DNA from: a virus
Lineage: Duplodnaviria; Caudoviricetes
Direction: 5' to 3' (one strand)
IMG/VR virus record: IMGVR_UViG_3300037603_000045
Coordinates: 1 to 31,768 of that record
DNA length: 31,768 nucleotides
Positions 26,055 to 31,768 of this stretch are shown here, in pieces (the stretch's first letter is position 1; every line of letters starts with the position of its first letter). Position numbers and translations under genes: made by a program. The notes beneath the pieces are model-generated. The model was not told where the DNA came from. It worked only from the letters and a program-made list of their open reading frames with translations, and made no database searches.

Positions 26055-27682
26055 AGGGCTCTCGCACTTTCTTCATACTCATGGGCGGTGTCGAACGCGC
26101 CGGTTGAATTGTTCAGTTCACTTGCCGGGATGTAGCCGAACTCGGGAAGGTTCTGGCGGCTCGCGAAGTAGGCGAGCGCGCCCGCAATCGCGCTGTCGCC
26201 GTGCCGGTCAAAACCGTCCGAGCCCTTGAAGCGATGATCGTCCGGCACCTTGATGATGCCGTTGACGAAGGCCAGCGCCTGGTGATCCTGCAGGATGTCG
26301 TCATGGCGGGGCAGCACTACGGTCTTGTCGGAGAATGCCTCGATATAGGCCGGCATCTCAGACTGGTACCAGGACTACGAGAGCTTCACTTCGACGATGG
26401 TGGCGCCGTAGCGTTGCGCCGCCTTCTCTGCCAGATAGGCTCCGTTTCCGGTCGCGTCGAGCGCGCCGCCCGACATGCGCGGCAGCCGGTCGACAAGGTA
26501 GTAGAGAATGTCCCGCTGCTGATCGAAAGGCACGTTGCGAAGTTCGACGATGAAGGGGCAGCGGCGGACCAGGTCGGTGCCGATCTCCAACGGAATGATG
26601 TCCGTGACATCCCCCGAACGGGCAAAGTCCTCGCCAAATACGTGGGCCAAACGGGTGTTGAGCTTGTCGAGCAGCGGCTTGAGCTCGCGTTCGCAGAAGG
26701 CCTTGGCTTCGAGCTTGCGGATATGGTCAGGGTAATCCTTGAACTCGTCGGTGCAGGACCAGCGAATGACCGGGATGTTCGCAGCCATGCAGCTCTCGAT
26801 CTGCATTCGGGTCAGGGCCGCGCCCTCGGCCTCGGCCGGGATGGCGTCCAGCTCCTGTTTCATCTGGGCGGTTCGAGGCCCATAGGACTTGCGGATGTTG
26901 CTTTCCCATTCGGCTTCCGCTTCCGGCGACCATTCCTTGCCCTTGATCAGGCAGACGCGCTTGTAGAGCCCGTTCTTGACCGCTTCGCCGAACGGAATGA
27001 AGTGAACCGAAAACGGGTTCTTCCCGGCTCGCGCTTCCCGGATCAGCTCGTTGAAGGGCGAGAGCACGCCATTGTGGGTGGAGATCACCCGGATCTTGCC
27101 GCCCCAGATCAGAAGCGCGTTGACCGCATCGAGAACACCGCGCACATCCTTGTGGAACGCCGCCTCGTCGATCACCACGATGCCCTGCAGACCGCGGATG
27201 TTTTCGGGGCGCGATGAGAGGGCCTCGACCCGGAAGCCTGAGCCAAACCTGATCCGGAATGCAGAGATCATCTGCGAGGTGCCGTCTTCCTTGACGTCCT
27301 CGAACATGAACTCCTCGACCGCGAGCAGCTCCTTGGCGACGATCCTGGCAAAATGCGCCACATAGCCGATGAACTCACGGCCTTTGTCCTTGGTGTCGCC
27401 GATGTAAAAGACGTTGTCCCCGCCGGCTTCACGGCTCGATGCTGCAATCAACGTGTCATCGAGAGCCTCGGCGAATGTGATGCCTGTTCGCCGCCCTTTC
27501 TCGCCAAGCTTGAGGTCGCTCTTGTCGGCCAGCCAGTCGGCCTGATGCTTCATCAGGATGCCGTCTGCCAACGGATCAAGAGTTTCGGGGATCTCCGATC
27601 CCCTCGTGAACTCTTCCGGCAATTGGTCGGGCGCTCGCGAGATCACCGTCGGCGATGCGAACAGATCGGGCTTCTCGGTCAT
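26048..27682 (-). pseudogene. Terminase large subunit (Mu gp28-like) interrupted by one in-frame TAG at 26375-26377
   Basis: EKGRRTGITFA (Walker A-like), VVIDEAAF (Walker B), GEDFARSGD, DATGNG. The frame continues ..EVKLS*SWYQSEMPAYIEAF..RHGDSAIA to the TAA at 26048. Confidence 0.88.
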
Positions 27683-28266
27683 TCCCTGACACCCAGAACA
27701 TCGCGGCGGATCTGCGCCACCTGGTCGGCGGAGAGGCCCACCTGTTTGACCATGGCGTCGGTTACCGCCTCGACTTTGCTCTTAAACTCTTTCTCGATCT
27801 TTTGGCGGCGACTGGTCGATGATGCCTGGGCTGCAGTGGCCGCTCGCAGCGCATTGGCCAACTCCATTGCGCCCTTGGGGGACAAGCCGGCATCGCCGCC
27901 CTGCTGAAGCAGTTCGAAAATCAGGGTCTTGATGGCTTCTGCCGCGATCAGGGTGAGATCGTCGGATACAGATGCATCCATGCGCTTGGAAATCGTGGCG
28001 GCGATCTCGCGGGTCTGCTCAAGCCGGCGGGTCATCTGCGAAAGGCGGATCGAGTACCGATTGAAGGCCGCGAAAGACGGGATGTCAAAACCGATCCCGG
28101 TTTCGCCCTGCAGCGCGATCAGCTTCTCTTTCCATTCGGCATAAATGTCGAGTTGCGTGCGATCGCGGTTGGCCAGCTGCTGGTCAGCCCAGGCGATGAT
28201 GTCGCTGCATTCCTCTGGCAGAAGATCGATCGCTGACAGTCTGTCGCGCCCTCTCGCCATGATCAT
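27679..28266 (-). CDS. Mu gp27-like protein (DUF3486, putative small terminase)
   Basis: RLSAIDLLPEE, SFAAFNRY, GLSADQVAQIRRDVLG. Confidence 0.9.
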   Translation of the reverse strand: MIMARGRDRLSAIDLLPEECSDIIAWADQQLANRDRTQLDIYAEWKEKLIALQGETGIGFDIPSFAAFNRYSIRLSQMTRRLEQTREIAATISKRMDASVSDDLTLIAAEAIKTLIFELLQQGGDAGLSPKGAMELANALRAATAAQASSTSRRQKIEKEFKSKVEAVTDAMVKQVGLSADQVAQIRRDVLGVRE

Positions 28267-28577
28267 GCACTCCGAGAGGGGCTAGGCCGCTTGACGCCCT
28301 CAAGCACCCGGCGGCGCTCGACATGGTCCAGACCCGGCTCGATCAGTTCGGCGATCAGGGCGGTGCCGGCCTCGGTCAGCTTGACCGCGCCAACGCTGGC
28401 CTCAAGCCAGCGCAGCTGATTGCGCACATAGTCCCGGCCGCGCTTGATGGCGAAGGCTTCAAGCATGGTCGTCAGCATGCTGTCGGACATCCGGTAGTCA
28501 GTCTCGCCGGCCAGCGCCTTGAGAATGACCAGCCGCGCTTCGGCATCGTAGTGGTCTGCAAATCCCTCAAACATCAC
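28263..28577 (-). CDS. Mu gp26-like winged-helix protein
   Basis: ARLVILKALA, RDYVRNQLRWLE, GVKRPSP. Confidence 0.82.
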   Translation of the reverse strand: MMFEGFADHYDAEARLVILKALAGETDYRMSDSMLTTMLEAFAIKRGRDYVRNQLRWLEASVGAVKLTEAGTALIAELIEPGLDHVERRRVLEGVKRPSPSRSA

Positions 28578-28975
28578 TTTGCCTTTCTCGACAGATCCAG
28601 CAGATAGTTCTCGATGCGCAGCACACCTTCACCGGTGGCCTTCACGTTGCTGGTCAGAGCGCTCATCCGTTCGTCCATGCGCGCCAGCGACATTTCCAGC
28701 CGGTGCATGTCCTGCCGGGTCGGGCGTGAAGCGAGATCATGCTCAAGCTCATTGATCCGCTCGTCGAACTTCCCGAGACGCGCGTTGATCGACCGAAGTT
28801 CCGTCATCACGTCACCACTTGCCTCCCCTTTCGGCGCATCGGACTTCGCCGGGCTCCCGAGCCCGAGCCAGCCTTTGGCGCGGGCGATTACTGCGCCTGC
28901 GGCGAGGATCACCACACCGAGCGCCGCGCCGACCGGACCGGCCTGCTCGATCAGTTTGTTTCCCAACTCGTCCAT
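28574..28975 (-). CDS. DUF2730-like membrane-anchored coiled-coil protein (Mu gp25 slot)
   Basis: N-terminal TM; PTRQDMHRLEMSLARMD..RIENYLL. Confidence 0.78.
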   Translation of the reverse strand: MDELGNKLIEQAGPVGAALGVVILAAGAVIARAKGWLGLGSPAKSDAPKGEASGDVMTELRSINARLGKFDERINELEHDLASRPTRQDMHRLEMSLARMDERMSALTSNVKATGEGVLRIENYLLDLSRKAK

Positions 28976-29188
28976 TCACCGCTTCCGTTCAGATCTCTGT
29001 TGGCACTCGAAGCAGCGGACCGCGAAGGGGGCTGCGCGATGGCGTTCCTCGTTGATAGGATCGCCGCAATCCCGGCAGGTCTTGCTGCCGGGCCGGTTCA
29101 ATCGGCCTGACACCGCCGCGAGTTTGTGGCTCGTCTCGGCCAAGACGCGGGCCTCGGCCTGTTCGATCATGAAGTCGCTGGCTTTCAC
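28976..29188 (-). CDS. TraR/DksA C4-type zinc finger protein
   Basis: CRDCGDPINEERHRAAPFAVRCFECQ. Confidence 0.88.
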   Translation of the reverse strand: MKASDFMIEQAEARVLAETSHKLAAVSGRLNRPGSKTCRDCGDPINEERHRAAPFAVRCFECQQRSERKR

Positions 29189-29727
29189 GGCTTGCGGCCC
29201 CTGAGAACCGCCTCGATCACGTTCTTGCCGAAGTCCTTGATGGTGTGGCCGCCCATGTAGAGCGCCATGAACCAGGAGGTGAGCGTCATAAGCGTGGCGA
29301 CATCGATCATCTCGATCATTAAGCCGCTAGCGGAGCCCAGCCGCTGATTGACGATCGGAGCCACGATGATCCGCCAGATCCAGAAGATGGCGAGCAGATA
29401 CATCCAGCCATAGCGCCAGAAGCTCTGCCAAAAACCTTCCCGGGTCTCGGCCTGCAGAAGTGCGAACTGGCCTTCAAGCCCGGCCGTGTAGAGTGCGATC
29501 AGCTCGGGCATCTCGGCTTCGGTGGCAAGCACCGCTTCCTTAAGGTCAGCGGGCTTGAGCGCCTCAAGATCGATCGGCTCGGCACCGGCCTTTTCCGCGA
29601 CAGTCTTGATCACGGTTTCGGCGAGTTCGCCGGACGCCTTGCCGAAGCGTTTCTCCAGAATGCGCTTGACCAAGGGAGCCCCGACTTCCGTCGCGACCCC
29701 GACAAGAATGCTTGCGATCGCGCTCAT
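29185..29727 (-). CDS. Putative holin (3TM-holin-like)
   Basis: In the lysis cassette; FWQSFWRYGWMY and ALYMGGHTIKD membrane segments. Confidence 0.72.
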   Translation of the reverse strand: MSAIASILVGVATEVGAPLVKRILEKRFGKASGELAETVIKTVAEKAGAEPIDLEALKPADLKEAVLATEAEMPELIALYTAGLEGQFALLQAETREGFWQSFWRYGWMYLLAIFWIWRIIVAPIVNQRLGSASGLMIEMIDVATLMTLTSWFMALYMGGHTIKDFGKNVIEAVLRGRKP

Positions 29728-29728
29728 G

Positions 29729-29905
29729 TCAGAACCCTCCCGCGATGGCGATCAGAGCGCCACCCGAGACAAGGCAAGCGAAAACCCAAAGCACCGCCGG
29801 TCGGCTCTTGCTCGCGAGCAGATAGACGAATGCCGCGCAACCGGAAACCGCGACCAGCAGCACCAGGAAGGCGATGACGAATGCAGCGCTGAGAGCCTCG
29901 ACCAT
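29729..29905 (-). CDS. Small 2-TM protein (58 aa) in the lysis cassette
   Basis: TGATG coupling to the lysozyme stop; MVEALSAAFVIAFLVLLVAVSGCAAFVYLLASKSRPAVLWVFACLVSGGALIAIAGGF; not in the ORF track. Confidence 0.7.
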   Translation of the reverse strand: MVEALSAAFVIAFLVLLVAVSGCAAFVYLLASKSRPAVLWVFACLVSGGALIAIAGGF

Positions 29906-30864
29906 CACGCGCCCCTCAGTTTCTTGTGGCCGTTGACGAAAGCGATCGCCAGCTCGTCGCGGTACCGCCAGGCAAGCCAGGCCCAGCCGATCAACAGAAC
30001 AGCAAGGCTGCCATAGAGGATGAGATCGCCATATCCGGTGGCAGCCGTTGCTTGGTCGGCGACACCGGTTGCAGCGCCCGCACCTGCGCCGGCTGCTCCC
30101 TTGCCGGATTTGGCCTTGAGGTCGATCACGCGCTGCAGCTGATCGAGCGTGGCCCGGCCGAGCACGCCGTCATTGTCGAGCTGCGGATGCGCCTCCTGGA
30201 AGCGCCGGGTCGCAGCCGCGATTAATGGCCGGTCGTTTGCGCTGCCTGCTGCCAAATACCCGAGCTTAACCAGCCATTCGACACCCTGCTGGAAATCATC
30301 AGGGCCAAGATGCCAGGACGGCATGACGGCCTTGATCTCCTTCGGTGCAGAAGTTCGCGGCTCCTTCACCCAGGCCGGCCATTTGTTAAATTCCATGATG
30401 GTGGCGGCTTCCGCTCGGCGGCGGACCAGGCCCGGCAGACGGCGACCCTTGGCCGTGGTGGCCGTCACCTTCAGCCGTCGCGCTGCATCCTTGATGTCAT
30501 TGCGGACTAGCGCCTTGAACCAGGTCCACTTTGCAGCCCCAAGGCCGCAATTGAACAGCATGTCGGTGGCCGCTGCCTGGGCATGCGGCGTTGCATGGCC
30601 GGCGTGTTTGCGAACCGGGCCATAGTACTCGGCATCGATCAGCGCCTTGAGCAGATAGAACGCATCGCCCTCGGCTATGGTGTCGCCGAGCTTGATCTTC
30701 GATCCCTTGTTGGTGAGCCACCAGTCACGGAAGATCCTCGATCCCCAGGTGAACCCGAACCCGATGGTGATGGCACCGGCCGGGCAGCGATAGGCGCGCA
30801 GCACGTTGCCCTCGTGCTGGCCGGTGAATGGGATAAGGCGCGGGTCATAAGAAGTGTTTGACAT
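29905..30864 (-). CDS. Endolysin: GH24 lysozyme + peptidoglycan-binding domain + C-terminal TM
   Basis: HEGNVLRAYRCPAGAITIGFG, LPGLVRRRAEAA, ATRRFQEAH..DGVLGRATL. Confidence 0.92.
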   Translation of the reverse strand: MSNTSYDPRLIPFTGQHEGNVLRAYRCPAGAITIGFGFTWGSRIFRDWWLTNKGSKIKLGDTIAEGDAFYLLKALIDAEYYGPVRKHAGHATPHAQAAATDMLFNCGLGAAKWTWFKALVRNDIKDAARRLKVTATTAKGRRLPGLVRRRAEAATIMEFNKWPAWVKEPRTSAPKEIKAVMPSWHLGPDDFQQGVEWLVKLGYLAAGSANDRPLIAAATRRFQEAHPQLDNDGVLGRATLDQLQRVIDLKAKSGKGAAGAGAGAATGVADQATAATGYGDLILYGSLAVLLIGWAWLAWRYRDELAIAFVNGHKKLRGA

Positions 30865-30932
30865 CGGATCTGCCTTCGGGCGAATTCGTGAATAACGTGT
30901 TCGCGAACGTGCGGCAGAACTTGGTGATGTCA

Positions 30933-30949
30933 GGGCTGACAGGCGTCAG
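30933..30949 (-). promoter_or_regulatory. Late-promoter activator site (lysis operon)
   Basis: GGG-CTGAC-AGGC-GTCAG; CACGTT -10-like element at 30911-30906 (minus strand). Confidence 0.75.
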
Positions 30950-31126
30950 CTAGCGAGGCCTGATCACCCAATCGAGATCAAGCTTTTGCGAAAAATGCAA
31001 GAGTTCCCGGATTGTCAAATTGCAATGCCTTCCCTCGTTCAGAAGACCACAGGAACGCGGCATTAGGCAATATCCACAGATCGCACGACTTGCCGCAGGA
31101 TCAGGCGCTGCTGTCCGAAAGATACT

Positions 31127-31525
31127 CTAAAACAAACTCTGCTTCCGCCGGGACAGAAAGAAACCATGCCCGCTCTTGTTGCGACAGGTCAAACCCGTGC
31201 GTTCAGACTTGCATGTGATGGCACCAAACTCACCCGTAAGGCCGTAGCTGGCGATATCACTGTAGTCGACCTGCTCAGGGGAGTTATCGCACAACAGTCT
31301 CGCCGGGCCACGGTTATCGAGTGCAAAAGTGTGCCCCCAATACGCTCCGCAGGATTGAGGTCTAGGTGCAGGAGCAGTTCCATTTTTTGAAACAATCGTA
31401 CAGCTGATGCCGCCTTCAATGGAACCATTGCAATAGATATTGCCTGATGGCGTCATGAAGCCATATCCATCGGCATTGGCGCTGGTCGAAAATGCAAGAG
31501 CACAAAGAAATAGAACGAAGCGCAT
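31127..31525 (-). CDS. Exported Cys-rich protein (DUF6636-like), accessory
   Basis: Signal peptide MRFVLFLCALAFSTSANA; FMTPSGNIYC...ITCKSERTGLTCRNKSGHGFFLSR. Confidence 0.78.
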   Translation of the reverse strand: MRFVLFLCALAFSTSANADGYGFMTPSGNIYCNGSIEGGISCTIVSKNGTAPAPRPQSCGAYWGHTFALDNRGPARLLCDNSPEQVDYSDIASYGLTGEFGAITCKSERTGLTCRNKSGHGFFLSRRKQSLF

Positions 31526-31567
31526 CTGATACTCCCAATACTGAATAATTTGCGGCTGCATTACCTG

Positions 31568-31768
31568 TTACAATGAAAAGCCGTCAGTTGAGTGTTCGGC
31601 TTCAAGCAACCCGACCAGTGAGGTTTCCTCTGCCGGCGGCGTCTCATCCGGTTGGATGTAGCTCTCGTTTCGCGAAGCTGTTGCCAGGCGGGAAACCGAA
31701 GCGTCGTCGGTGTCAAAGGCGTCGCCGTCCGCCGTCTCAATAGGCGTCAGGGTTGAGCCGGAGATGGG
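31568..31768 (-). CDS. 3' end of a hypothetical protein (partial, starts outside the window)
   Basis: Open minus frame from the window edge to the TAA at 31568; acidic, low-complexity sequence. Confidence 0.4.
   Translation of the reverse strand, partial: PISGSTLTPIETADGDAFDTDDASVSRLATASRNESYIQPDETPPAEETSLVGLLEAEHSTDGFSL

Larger units (their letters stand above)
56..31768 (-). mobile_element. Mu-like transposable prophage, late region and one end (continues beyond the window)
   Basis: Contiguous Mu-type head genes (gp27, gp28, gp29, gp30, I, gp36, G), P2-like contractile tail, lysis cassette, Dam-like gene in the mom position, terminal TG with repeats. Confidence 0.93.

Noticed and set aside
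26048-26356. 102-aa ORF as an independent gene
   Set aside because: It is the in-frame C-terminus of the terminase, with no strong SD
25089-27217. Long plus-strand ORFs (348 aa and 338 aa)
   Set aside because: Antisense to portal and terminase; typical codon-bias artefact
160-31768. Genome-wide TAG recoding (code 15)
   Set aside because: Only one gene has an internal TAG; all others are full length under code 11

Overview
The window is the late (morphogenesis) half and one terminus of a transposable, Mu-like prophage. It is encoded almost entirely on the minus strand and looks alphaproteobacterial (Rhizobiales-like; inferred from GC content and protein style). Reading the minus strand from right to left: two accessory genes; a lysis cassette (GH24 lysozyme, small 2-TM protein, holin-like protein, TraR/DksA finger); Mu gp25/26/27-like genes; large terminase (broken by one in-frame TAG); portal; MuF/gp30; two accessory genes; protease I/scaffold; capsid cement and major capsid; head-tail joining genes; a P2-ordered contractile tail (V, W, J, I, fibres, then sheath, tube, chaperone with a -1 frameshift, tape measure, U, X, D); a Dam-like MTase in the 'mom' position; a trypsin-like protease; and the phage end (TG... 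repeats) at about position 56. Notable points: (i) a shared GGG-CTGAC-N4-GTCAG palindrome in front of the three late operons, each apparently paired with a translational lock; (ii) two in-frame amber codons in the adjacent terminase and portal genes; (iii) a cloverleaf-like structured leader before the MTase; (iv) several morons (HEPN-like, protease, membrane and secreted proteins). All family assignments come from motif recognition and synteny; no searches were run.
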